This document shows positions 23,301 to 36,925 of a DNA stretch of 64,000 nt, one piece after another (within the stretch, counting starts at the first letter, position 1; every line of letters begins with the position of its first letter). The position numbers and the translations under genes are program-made. Below the pieces are notes generated by a model, which made no database searches, was not told the origin of the DNA, and saw nothing but the letters and a program-made list of their open reading frames with translations. Source of the stretch: Azolla caroliniana (Eukaryota; Plantae; Polypodiophyta); contig JBHGNT010000009.1 of NCBI GenBank assembly GCA_043228905.1, forward strand, positions 3,534,001 through 3,598,000, given 5' to 3'.

Positions 23301-26300
23301 TTAAGGAAAGGGGGGCATGATGGATATGGATTTCAAGTAGAGGGAGGAATTAGATCGACTCAAAGATGCATAGTGAATATTGAAGGTGTTTCTAGCGGGA
23401 GGAGCTTGGCCGTGGGTTTCACGTGGAGGGAGGGAGGTGAATCGGGCCGACTCAAAGATGCATAGTGCATATTGAAGGTATTTCCAGCGGGGGTGGCATA
23501 CCAAAAGGAAAATCCTCAAAAAGAAAAGTGCAGCCACCGAGGCCTATGCATTGGGCGAGGGCTCGAAGAGTGGTGTGGTCATGACTCACGACACTTCACA
23601 TATGTATGTACGTACGTATATAATGTATGTATATAATGTATGTATGTATGTATGTATGTATGTAATGCATAGTACGCAATGTACTCGAATGAATAGGCAA
23701 ACATTCTTTTTCCATACGAATGCAACAGAATGCGTATGTTATCAGAACATTCTTATGTTTTTTAATACAAAGAGAGAAAAGAGAAGAGAGAAAGAGAAGA
23801 AGCTGAATGAATGGCCTGCTGCTGCTGCTGCGAGTGCGAGTGCGAGTGCAGGCCTTTGGGCTTCCTGCTCGGCCTCCCCTTCGCCCTCCTTGCCACTCTC
23901 CTCTCCCTCCTCGGCGCCATCGTCTGGGTGGTCGGGTGGGTATATCTCTAGGGCTTCTCAGAATCCCTTACTTTTTTCGTTCTTTCATTCATTCGTTTGA
24001 TTTTTTTTGCTAAGTTTTCCCTCTGCATGAGAGTCTGGTTCTCTCTTGCAAAATCATCTTCCCCTGTCTTTCTAATAGCTTCTTTTGAACTCCCATTTGT
24101 GATTGATTGATTTCACACAAAAATGTGCCCTGCCCTGATTCCCCTGACATCCCTGCTCTGTGGATCTGGTCTAGTTTCTAGACACAAATTTGGTTACCCT
24201 AACCTAATTATGTGTATGTTAGTTAGGCAAAGGTCTTATGTGTCCCCCCCCCCCCCCCCCCAAAAAAAAAAAAAAAAAAAACAAGACCACACGCAAGGAG
24301 AGAATTGTGAATTGGTTGTAGATGATATCAAATATCTGAGGTTCTTCATCTGTTTTTCAACGTGGTTAAATTTTGTTATGATTTTATGGTCTATCATACA
24401 CAATGTTACATCAATTGTCATGGCTATTGTCTACTCAGCTAGATGATATCAAGTTTAACACACATATGCCAATGCCACACATACCACATACGCGTATGCA
24501 TACGACCACTTCCACATACACATACACATACAATCTCTTCCATATACACACATACATCTAGCTATATGTCCAGTGCCTCCCTTACAGAATTATCTTAATT
24601 TTAGGTCCTAATGAAAAGTGATTGAACAAAGACAGCGAGAGTGTGTCTTCTTGTGCTGTAAAATCATGCCACAATATGCCACTATTTGTTAAATGACCAT
24701 TTCCTTAATATGTTGTTTTTCCTTTCATTTTTCAGGATAATCTTGACTTGCCTATGCCCCTGTTGCATCTGTGTGGCGGTCATTATCAACGTAGCTCTAG
24801 CACTCATCCGAGCACCTCTTCATGTCATGGAATGGTTTACGTCACAAATTCCATGCTAGTAAAACCATCATAACCCCAAGTGTTTGAGCAATGATATGTT
24901 TCTCGTCATTTAATGATTGTTGTGCGGTGTCCTTTATATGAGCCAACATCTGTTGGCTTCATCCATTAGGTTCCTCTCTATTTGTATGTCATGAAAAAAC
25001 TCATGCTGTGAAGCCATACATACAATTCATACAATATGCAAGCAACTTTGGACTCTTTATTTTATAGTGAATTGTCTTGGATAAAGTTGTGCAGGTATTT
25101 GTGTATATTTCTGAATTTTAAAAGAAAATGATTTATTCTACACACAGGTTATCTTCCACAGGGAGTTTTATTTTTACCCATTGTCTTCAAAGATATGGAT
25201 TACACCACCCACATTGTGCACAAGTAGCAATGGTCATATGCAAAGATGTCTCTGCATTACCACCCATTCTAAAACTTATTTTCCAGGAATTTTGTTCCTA
25301 CCGTCAGTGAAGAAAACCAAGAGATTATCAGCTTTCAGTTTATGGTTTTTGTATGCACTTTCGTGTATATGACCTCTATGCACGAATGAGGTGAAAAAAC
25401 CGGGGTCAAGGCATGAGCTTCGTAACCAAAAGTTTAAAGTTTAGCCCCTTGTGCATTGTCTTGCGGAACAATCCAACAAACTATCCGAGGCTTGTTTGAA
25501 GGACATATCCGTTTACCCTGCATACCATGTTCACCACTATTTGACCTGAATGAGGAACTAATCTAGTTCTGCCCAGTGTGAGTGAATATGACCAACTTTC
25601 TATAAGAATCAAGTCCACGAAAAAGTGGAGATGTAGGCAAGGGTCTCTACACATTATGCCCACATATTCTCATGATACCATGAAACAGAACTACGAGGGA
25701 TCACCATGAAACTTAAGTCAAGGAAAGCTCCCAACTATAATGACGGACCAATGAATCCCACATGTTGGGGCCAACATTGAAGGAGAGGATATAACAACTG
25801 TAAAAATTATGCATCCCACACCACTTGCCTCACCCCTATGGAGGGACCTCATGCTATCATAGACTCTCCAATGCTCAATTACACTCTATCTAGTGGTGTT
25901 GATCCTATCAAAATCGAGGCTTAAGCGTCCTTTTTATGTGTAGGATGATTCATTAAGTTGTTTTGGCCTCGTTGAGAACAAAGGTGGTTTTGAACATCTC
26001 ACCAAACAATTTTTCTTGGTAGAAATGGATGCTATATGGACTTCGACATTGGAGTTGAGTATGGTTTCTACTCCAAGCGCAATTTGCTTCCTTCACCAAT
26101 GCTTGTTAAAAGTTTGGATGAGATTTCAACTACAAGAAACCCATGTAAGAAAACTAGAGCTCAATAGAACCAGTGGAAAATATTGGGCATTTGCAAAACG
26201 GGAGCTTGAATGTTGTAACAATGTAGACCATCGATTAATATATACAAGCTTCGATTTATGGCCTATATGCATTATGGCTTCTTCCTTATAATTGCATTAT

Positions 26301-29038
26301 GTTGTAACTTCATTCCAATATCTGCCAAGTCATTTTAAAATATTATACGTACTGAATGCGTCTTTTTCAAACATAACATAATTTTTGGAAATCTGTTTGT
26401 GTGAAGCAGGACATATTATATCTTGCCCCCCACTCATGAGAAACAAATATTTAATTTTTAGAAAAACTAATGCCTTCATTGGCAAGGCATTTCTTGTCAT
26501 AACCTTGGATGAGTAGAGGTGGTTAGAGAGTCGAGACCTTTGAGTAATTGCTAATTGAAGATGGTCTAAATATTGAAAATAAATGTAGATCAAGAGCTAT
26601 GGTTTATCCTCTCTTGAATTATTATTTTTTCAGCTTGGCTTAACACAAACCCATAGTTTCCCCCCCTATTCTAGCATCTCAAAGCATCCTCTATTTTACT
26701 ACTCTTGAATCAATGCACGCTCATTGGGGCAACCACAACTTATTGCCAGTACATATCTCCTCCGTTCTCATGTATGAGTATCAACCATGAGTCACTCACT
26801 TGGTACAAACACAAAAACAATATTGTAAAGGGAAAATTTATCAATCAAAATATGGTCAAAGTTAGAGAAATAACAAATGTGTCCTTGTTTATTTTTCAAG
26901 ACTTATGCTTGGTCAATCTTGACAATGTTCCTTGATCATATGGATTTAAGTTTAAACTAATTGTTACATATCATGAAATGTTTAGAGTGTCTATTAGCAC
27001 ACTTTACTTAAAGAATCATATTTAATGACAAACTTTTAGTTTAATCCATCAAACAATATTGATAACCAAATCATCTAAGGTTCGTAATTTATAATTGATT
27101 GAAGTCATTTCTAATTTCCCGAATAATTACAAGCCCAATATCTACTACAAGCATAATCATTTAAGTGAGCTTCAAATTAGTAAAGTATCTAAGAAATGAT
27201 ATCCCACCAAAAAAGAAAAGAAAAGTATGAGGTGATTTAAAAGCCAGATATGTTATTCTTGTATCAAACTTTTGAATTTTAAATGTTTATATGTGCCTTG
27301 TCCCACATTCATAATATTTGTATAATTAGCATTGGTATGTCACACACACAATTATACACATTGTAAGCTACAAATTACAATGTTTTCTAGAGAACGGTTG
27401 GGTTTACTAAGGAAATTAATTAGCACATGCTTCTTGTAAGAGAAATGATAAACTATTGTTTTCCAATTCACTAGAAATTCAGAATAAAAACTAAACTAGA
27501 CATTAAGAGCTCATCATTAACAGAAAGGACAAGTAGCGATATGTAAAACTCTATTTACAAGAGTGGTCAAAATCTCAATATGTCATCAACTTTTACACCG
27601 TCTCTCATTTGTTTAAGAGAAAAAGGCTTTACGACAATTATTCATTCACCATTTTGGCTTACTTTGTGTCTCAAGATTTTGCTTTGTGGGTCCTGTTTAG
27701 TAACTACTCCCTTTTCCTGTGGCTCATTTAATGTCACAAGATTCCACTTTGTTGATCTTATTTAGTAACCACACCACTCACTTTTCATCCATTAACCCCT
27801 TATGGCCCATTTTTTTCCAGAAGTTTCAACTTTGGCAGTCCTATCTAGTAACCACACTCCCCTTTTTGTCCATTGACCTTTAATATATGGCTTAGTTCTT
27901 ATAACAAATTTCTATTTCCTGGATTGAACCTTGTAACCGCTCCCTTTTCATCCATTAACTTATCATGTTGAAAAGAATATACTGACTTAATTAACATGAT
28001 ACTTATTAATCATTGCCCCCAATACATCACATTGATTTTGCAAAGTACTTCCACATACTATGTATCTTATGCACAAAACCAATTTCTTTCTCTAATTAGT
28101 ACTTGATCTTGCTCTTCGCAAAGTAGAATTGACAAGAATAGGTTATCTCACAATTGTGGATATGGTTCAATGCCTACAATTCGGTTCTTATAGATGACCT
28201 CCATACCATATCTCATCATGAGCCATTGTCTATCTTTCCTCAGCAATGACACCCAAATATGAAGCTCCCCAAGAAATATGTGTACTACATAAAATAAAGA
28301 TACTGCCTCTATCTTGAGCTCTTGAAGACATTGTAAACTCTCTCGACTCTCATACCCCTTAGACTTCCACCATGTCTAACTACAAAATATTATACCATGC
28401 TCCTTATGTGGACTCTCTCTAAGTGCAAATGATTATGCTCTATCCTAGCATGTCTTCAACGCATATTTCCTTTCTCTTTATTGTTTCCCGTTTCTCTCAT
28501 TGTACAAGGAACTAAGTTAGGTCCTCATGCGATGATGTGTGGTGATCAAATCCTTACCGTTTGTTAGTTTGTATGCCTTCTCTTGAATGCTGAGACACAT
28601 AATTGGCATGTCCTCTATTTGCTTTTAGTGTTCTTCTCATGAGTACAATCATTAACTTCCATGTAGTTGTTTATTTATTTAGCCACATGCAAGTGTGCCT
28701 TCTTTTGCCCCTCGGAGGTTAACCCGTTAGTGCCCAGTTAATCCTTCGTGCAACACTTGTCGCATATATAACTTTCAGGGGCTGGAGAAATTGTGAGCAA
28801 CGGAAAAATATGTTTTCCGGCCACCCATGCATAGCAATCGGCAAATGGTTTCGCGGTTCGGTTCGGTTCAAACCGAACCGTTGTCGATTGCTGGCCATGC
28901 ATAATACCGTGGACTGATGGTGTTGTGTTTAAATAAGAAGGGTATTTATTTATTTAGGACTGTGTGTGTGTGTGTGTGTGTCTCTCTCTCTCTCTCTCTC
29001 TTTGTGTCTCTGGTCTAATGGTGACCTGCTCATCAATC

Positions 29039-32000
29039 ATGGAGAAGAAGAGGGCTAGAGAATCTTCTGGAATCCCAGAGAATGGAGCGAAGAAGCTCCG
29101 AAAGCTCGAAGAAGATGGTCGTCGTGAAGGAGGGTCGGAATTAGTTGCTCTTAATGGCTGCGAGATTAGTCCCGAATGTTCTGCAGATGAGAGTCGGGAG
29201 CTCCAAGAAGGACAAGAAGGAGAAGGAGAAGGAGATGAAGAAGAAGAAGAAGAAGAAGAAGAAGATGATGAAGAAGAAGAAGAAGATAAATCTATAACGT
29301 CAAGAGCCTGCAGCAATAAAGAAGGGGAAGTTTCAGGAAAATCCCCTCCTGATTTGAAGCTTGGCCCTATGCGCTTCGAGTCCTCCCTACACATGTTTAA
29401 CTTCTTCTATGACTTGCTTCAGGTATGGCCGATTGGCCTAAATCTCAACAAGGTAGCTAATAAACTCATCCCCTCTCTTTCTCTCTCTCTCAAAGTTTCA
29501 TTTATTCTGCACTTTCTTTATCTTGTGATAAAATATCTTATTTTACCATCATTAGGGTAAAAGTAACAATTTAAGAACACTTGGTAGGAGATGCCGTTTA
29601 TGTTTTTTAATTTTCTTTCTGCAGAAAGTGAAGTAAGCATGTAAGCATGACTGAAGTGCATGCTCTAGAGAGCATTCTCTTTCTAAAGGAAAATTTACTA
29701 CTCTAAAAACACACGTCAGAGAACATCAGAGCATGTAAGCATGACTGAAGTGCATGTTCTAGAGAGCATTCTCTTTCTAAAGGAAAATTTACTACTCTAA
29801 AAACACACGTCAGAGAACATCAGACCAGAAGGTATGCATAGCTAGACAGCTTCGCATGTTGAACCTTGTTGAGCATTGTGAGTGCATGTAATAGTTGTAC
29901 CTTTACTCCCTCATTTTTCTTAGTGCATACGTAGGCTAAGTTCCAATGGCTATCTGGTCAAGAAGAGGAGCTTGTGTGGTGAAAAATGATCAAATTTTGC
30001 AACAAAAGTGGGGCCTATAGGGTTTCAAAGGGGTTGAGAGTGTACAAGTTTTGAAATAAGTGGATACGTTAAAAAAATCACACCTTTAGATTTGGACGTC
30101 AGTAGATCCCATTAAAAACAGAAACTTTGTTAAAAATTATATGAACCGTGGAAACTATTGGCGAAAAACTCTCTGGTAATAAAGAACTGACAAATCGGCG
30201 AGCCTTATATGGGAATACTTCTCTTTATAAAAAGAAAGTGCTGAAGTATTGAATTTTGTGAAATATCTTCAGCAATACATAAGGTATGTTATCGACAGAT
30301 CCTCTACATGACTATAATTGTCGAACCAAGTTGTATGAGTCACTCCTAGAGCAGAAGCGCAATGGATCAGTGGAGGAGCACTGCGTGTGAACGAGAGGCA
30401 AGACAAGTTTCTGAAGTAGACCATCTACCTTAGATGATGTCCTCATAATTCAAGACATCATTGAATGTTGCAAAACAAGTGGAAAACATATCAGATTCTA
30501 CTTGGTCGACTTTTGCAAAGATTTAACACAGTATCACAGGGAAGACTCATGGAGCTGTAACAAACCCTTTATGAAAAGGGGATTTGGGGAGGAATTCAGA
30601 ATAAGTGGAGGCTTTCACATGAGATTAATAAACAATGGTGCTCAAATTTTTGGATGTAGCATCACATTACAGAAACCTCATGGAGCTGTAACAAACAATT
30701 TATGAAAAGGGGATTCGGGGAGGAATTCAGAATACGTGGAGGCTTTCACATGAGATTAATAAACAATGATGCTCAAATTTTCGGATGTAGCATCACATAA
30801 CAGAAACCTATGTATGCAATACGCTGAACATGCAGCGTGCCCCGGTAAACAGAATGGAAACAGATCACAGTGAAAGAGACTGTGGAAAGGGGTTACCAGG
30901 TGGCAGAGGCTGATTGAGGATGACAATTGAAGATAGTTGGAAAAAGAGAGATGCTTTTTTAGGATTTTTGGAAAGAAAATGCACTCATATTCAGCTCCAA
31001 GAATGAGGACAAATCTTTGAGGATAGTTGGAAAAAGAGAGATGCGTTTTTAGGATTTTTGGAAAGAAAATGCATTCATATTCAGCTCCAAGAACCGAGGA
31101 CAAATCTTTGATTTATGGTGCACAAATTTTGTTAGCTATATTGGTCACACCTGCAATAGTTTATGGCGCCCAAATATGGGAACCTGTTTTGATTCAGCAG
31201 CAGATATGGAGATGAGGTGGATCTGAGAAAGGTGATAGTGCATTAGAAATACATATCACATGTGTTGATGATATTCCTTGTGTTTTGGAATGAAGTCTGA
31301 AACCATATGCAATGATTTGAGCAAAGCGAGCTGCACCAACACTAATTGAGTCCTTGTTTGTGACAATTTGTTTGATTCATTTGATGTGGAATTTGCCACA
31401 TGATAGGTATAGCAGAATTGCATTTCGATTTGTCTTGGCAGCTGGCAGCTCAAGGGATGCAAGGAGTTAGTACTAGTAAGGTTCAGTTTACATGAGCTTG
31501 GCTGCTAGCACTATCATTATTCCAGTATAACATGATATCCCCCTCTTACTCGCTTCCCATCATCAACGGAACAAAGTGATTAGCCAGGACAGCTACAGAA
31601 CTTTGGGAATAACCAGCAAAGCCTATAGGAACATTTCCTGAATTGACGACTGATAGATTTCTAGTTTGTGCAAGTTACAGGATTAATTCACTGATTACTT
31701 TCAAATTTCCAAGACTTGCAGATACCACTCCTAGTATTCTCAAATTCCTGTAAAACAGCCATTGGGAATAAAAAAACAAGCTCAAGGTGTGGTGTTTGAG
31801 AGAGCCACATAGATAGATGATTATGTAGTTCATCATACAGGCGATTTTGGCCTCTTTTAAAGATGTCAATGTAAACTTTTTTGCTTTCTCTTCAAGATGA
31901 GAGAGATTGGTTGGCATTGTATTAATTTTCGCATACCTGGATGAAGGTTCTCCATGTCAACTTCTACATGAATTTTTTGTGCAAGTCTATGAAACAATGC

Positions 32001-34614
32001 TTTCTTTGAAGAGCTTTGACTCAATTCTGTGCTTTATTTTTCATTAGCTTGTTCTGTCTGTCTGTCTGTCTCTTGTCAATGTATTTGGTATCCTGTGTTG
32101 AGTGTAGTGAGAACATGGCGTTTTAGAATGATTAAGTCTTTGATTTCTTGTTACTCCTGTCCTTATATGAAGTTCTAAATGTGTGATTAATGTCATGTGT
32201 GGACTCTCCAACTAGGATTTCCTTGAAGATCATGTGACACAATGATCTTGCCAGGAGTATAAGGCTAGTAGGGCATGCAGATTGTCTGGCATTCATAAAC
32301 AAGAGACTTAAGAGTCCCAATTCTTCCATTGCAACACATACCATCTTCTTTATGAAATCTGAGAGTTTTTTAACCTGTCCATAAAAGTTGATGTAATATG
32401 AGCCACATCTCTATGGAGGTTTTTTTGAGCGAGATTGAACATCCCGACTTCATGGAAGACTATCAGCTGCTATCGTTCTATATGAAGTTCCAGCTGGAGT
32501 TCACACTGGTTATCTTTCCACTGTTTGTGGTGGGTGGAGAGGAGGGATTCTATCAGAGGCTTCTGACCCTCAGATTTAAAAAGCCTAGGGCTATTTGATA
32601 AGAGTTGTGGCATTTGTGAAGATACATTCACCATTCTATGAAAGGCCTTCTGAAATCAATGTCATGTAGATTTTGGAGTGAAAAGTTCCATTCTTGTCTG
32701 TCGTAGGCTTTGTGAACGTCGATCTCAAAGTGGAGGATCTTGTTTACGGTTCTTTTAGCGAAGCTTGACTTCTTCCAAAGAGCTTTGCTAGCATCGAATG
32801 TATCTCTAATCGAGTCCTATAAACCCTTTTTCTGCATGTACTAGAGTAGCTACAATAAGTTTCCCATTCCCCTTGGGCATTGCAACTTGAGGAACACAAC
32901 AACAATGATGCAACAAATTTTGCATAGTCTCATGTGCGCTGTATATTGTTAAAATTGTAATATTACAGTAAATGTTGATTAAAGTTCATATTAATTCCCT
33001 TTTTTAGGAAATTACTGTTTTGTGGAGACTTCTAGAATGCTTCTTCTGCAGTGACCAATTCTCTCTTTCTCATCCATATCCATTCTCTCTTTAAGTGCCT
33101 AGAATTGAAACCAAGTTGTAGGCGGATTGTGACTTGCCATAGCAAGTTTGGGCTTTATGGGCCAGAAAGACGGGACCATAACCAGTGCAATTATTGTGGT
33201 AGTTGTGATGCTGATAAAATTAAAGCCCATTTTACTCTTAAGCTAGGGTCTGGAATGGGCCATGCCCCAAACCATCCCTGCTGATATTGTGGATAACTGG
33301 AGTGGAACACCAAAGCAGAAGATGTACAGCAACTATAAATTTTAATGTACAAATATGTTCTGTATGCATTCTACATGTTCACAACAACAATATTTCTAAC
33401 ATATGGGACTCCTGTTCACGAGCTAGCTTGCCAAATTTTCATGGTAGAAGTGTGATATCCCTGGAGAAGTTCTTGTAAGAAGTGATGGGAATTGTAGAAA
33501 TCTGTAATTTGTGATTTCCTCAGAATCCTTCATTATGAATGAGTTTGGAAACTTGGCTTTCCCAAATGGCTGCCAAGGAGGAACGTGTAGGTGCAGAGAG
33601 TGTAAGATTTTGAAGAGTTAGCAAAAAACTCATCCAGTCCCTAAAATTTGTCTTTTGGGAGTGGCAAGAATGATATTTATGTTTTAATACCTCAACATCA
33701 GGGAGGGTAGATCTCAAATTATTCAATTGAGGTTGGTGACTTTTCAGCGGATGTGGATATTTTTCCCAAGACTCTTTTCAAGCTTTTTTGAATCTCAATT
33801 ATTTGTCTTTGGCTATGGTGCCTTCTTCTAGACTGAGAGAATGGATGAGATCAACAGATTTTTTTTTCTATTGATACATTGAACGGCATCCATCAGTGCA
33901 TCAAGTGGTCAGAAACAAGCTGTACTTACTGAGATCGACTTCTGTTGTATGCTAATTAATTTGTTAACATCTTTTAGCTTGCTCTCACATTCGGTCATGT
34001 ATATAATTTCTAAACTCAGATAAATATAATGGGGTATTCTCTTTGCCCTCTATGATATTAGGAAGAGGCCTTTAGCAATGTGATATATACTGGATTTTAG
34101 TACTTTGTGACACATCAATTGTTAGTGATGTGGAACATCTGCCCCCTGTTTCTTTAACTTCTCCTCTGTCAGGAAAATGTTCCAAGCACAGCAAAAGAAA
34201 TATCCATCATAAATAACTTATTTATTTGTACAAAAATATTAATTGTTGAATTTATCCAAAATTTTCCTGAGTGTCTGGCAGTTTGAACATTCAATGCTGG
34301 AAGATCTGATTAACAAAGGTCATAGAGAAGCAGAAAAGAAAATTGGTGCAGGAATAAAGGCATTTCAAGTGCAGATGAACTCGCTTTTCTATAGTCGGTG
34401 CTATTACATTATTAGAACGGATGGATCAATCACAGATTTTAGCTATAGGAAATGTGTGGATAATATTTCAGCATTGCCAGAAGAATTTCGAGCACGATCA
34501 GGTGACCTCAACTTACGTAACCTTAAACAACAGAATGTATGGCATGACAATAAAGGAAGAGGAAGCAAATTTGGTGGTGGGCAAAGAGGGGGCCATAGAA
34601 CCAGCATGTTTTGA
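29039..34614 (+). CDS. DUF3223 (DCL/DOMINO1/EMB514-like) protein, about 248 aa
   Basis: Exon 1 29039-29452 (acidic N-terminus; KLGPMRFESSLHMFNFFYDLLQVWPIGLNLNK). 4.8-kb GT-AG intron. Exon 2 34282-34614 (FEHSMLEDLINKGH..KKIGAGIKAFQV...SRCYYIIRTDGSITDFSYRKCVD, then a Gly/Arg-rich tail). Confidence 0.88.
29636..29823. repeat. 94-bp near-perfect tandem duplication in the DUF3223 intron
   Basis: AGCATGTAAGCATGACTG...GAGAACATCAG occurs twice, with one mismatch by eye. Confidence 0.9.
30547..31110. repeat. Two tandem duplications (about 131 bp and about 91 bp) within degenerate intronic TE sequence
   Basis: CTCATGGAGCTGTAACAAAC starts at about 30547 and 30678. GATAGTTGGAAAAAGAGAGATGC starts at about 30931 and 31022. 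Confidence 0.8.
31110..31900 (+). mobile_element. Highly degenerate non-LTR (LINE) retrotransposon remnant
   Basis: The peptide LVTPAIVYGAQIW resembles the post-RT 'V.P.L.YG.E.W' motif of LINE ORF2. Boundaries approximate. Confidence 0.4.
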
Positions 34615-36925
34615 ATTTTGTATATAATATCTTTGTATACTGGCAATGTGTGCTGGAATACCGAGTACAGGTTGCAATGTTATTGTACCATTTACTATAT
34701 TCATTTCAGTTAATTGTACTGAATGCAGACATTTTGAATACATAAACATATATATACACATACATTAAAGAGGTATGTAGATGCATACATACATTGATAG
34801 GGAGGCGCAAGACTGGGTGGTACACAAAGGAGAAGCCCATTCACTTTTTGAACTCAAGTTTATAGAGTATTATTATTAGAAATTGTTTTTTTTAATATCT
34901 TTACTTAAATTTATCAGATCATATCATGTATGATTTTTCTCTTTGACTATGCCAATTATGTCCTGCCACAATTCTCAATTCATCTTGTTGATATAAGAAT
35001 ATGTGAACATTGTAATTATATGTAATTATTTGAGATTTCCTTGTCTTCCTTCATAATGCTATTAAGATATATGGTGGTCAATGGGCAAGGTCAATATTTG
35101 ATTGCTTTGTCTCAATGTAGTAATGAGATTAGGCATTGATGGAATTGTTACATGATGGTGTGAGTAAATGTTACATAATCTATTTTAGCAAGATTAAGTT
35201 GTTTGCTTTTGTGTTTAAGACAGGTAACAATTCCAACATGGATAATATATTAAACTTAGTGATAGTGATTTTAGTGAAGGTAATGATAGAACAAATATCG
35301 TAAGGAGTGCGCAAAGAATGGACACATACCTACATCTATTTAGAGAATTTGTTATTGAACAAGGGCTCATTGCTCTTAAAAAATAAGCTCCATGTTCACA
35401 TGGTGAAAACCAAAGTTGTGAAGTAGAAAAGGTAAAGGCTTGATTGGTTGTGTGCAACTTTGAATCTTGCTTTATTTGTCAACAAGGTCATAGGAAAAAT
35501 GCCAAAAAAGAGAAAATACATTACCATCTAGCTTGCATCGTGCTCCATGGGAATACTTAATAGGTGTAAATATGTACACCAATGATGAGTTCCTCATATT
35601 TCAACAATTCATTAACAAACTAATCTCTCATTGGATGAAATAGAGGATGCCTCTCAAATAGGTGGGTTGCACCAAAAGCCCGAATCTCTCACCCTCTTCT
35701 TTTTGAAAGATGAGAGTGCATGACTACCTTACACGTAATGGTCACCTTGATTTTGTACGTCAACTTTGAACCAAAACCTCTAAACTATTACGTGCAACCC
35801 ACCTTTAGAGGTTTTGGAAGAAAAACTTGATGCTACTTCTTGGTTTCGTGCCATTGTAATCATTTGAAGTGTCACAACCACTTTTTGTAGGGTTATCCCC
35901 TACATAGACGTAAACCTACTCTTCAGTCTTTGTGGCCTTGTTGTCAAGACCTCTAGTTTAATAGACATGTTTTGTCTTTGCAACTTGACCCAATAAAAAA
36001 AACATTGTAGTCCTTTATCAAACGTGATAGAACAAATACCATCTACCATTTGTATCTCGAATTCATCATAAGTAAAATTAGTATTCAGTTAATGTTTTGT
36101 TTGATTTATGACCATAATTCTGTTAAGATAAACCATCTTTCTTGTGAGTTCTAACTCTAATTAACTCCACAACTTTGGCAGAGGATGAAAAATATATGCC
36201 TAATGTTAGAAATATAAGGTGTGTTGGCAATGCCAATTATATAATCTCTCTTGATGGCGATGATTTGTAAGGGGAAACCTAGGTGAGCAAAATGCTTCAA
36301 GCTCTTTATGGTCTTTTTATTGTGTTTGGGAATACCCTTTTATGACAAAATCCTCTTTCCAGTCTAGTTTTTTGGGCACCAAGATTACCATTTATGAAAA
36401 CCAGTTACCTATGGGTCCTACTTCGACTCAAACTGAACCAAACCATTAAGCCACGGTTTAATTGTTTATCATTTGCATTTAATTTGGTTTGGTGTTCAAA
36501 TATCATTAAACAACTTGGTTTGGTTTAGTACTAGTGATAGCCAAAATTTGCCAAAAGAATTCGGCGAATTATGGTTGAAAGAGGCCAAAATCTATAGTTA
36601 TTGTTGGTCTATCTCGTACACAAAGAGGTGATTGCTTGATATGGTTAGTTGTTGATCTTTTAACAAAGTTAGCCGAACTCATTCCATCTAACAACTTATC
36701 ATTTGGCTTACCAATTTGTTCATGAATTGTTTTGATTTTCAGGGGTTATGAATTAATAGTCAATATTAAATTTTCAAAATTTACAAGTGATTTTTGGGCT
36801 CAGGATGTATGTATGTATGTATGTACGTATGTATGTGTATGTGTATGTGTATGTGTATGTATTGGTCTGCTGTATGCAACAGAGGAGTCTCTGTCTCCTC
36901 CCTGAATCCCTTCACTGTTTCCAGG

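Noticed and set aside
24244-24281. C-run followed by A-run
   Set aside because: Simple homopolymers with no TSD or retrocopy body, possibly length-inflated by sequencing.
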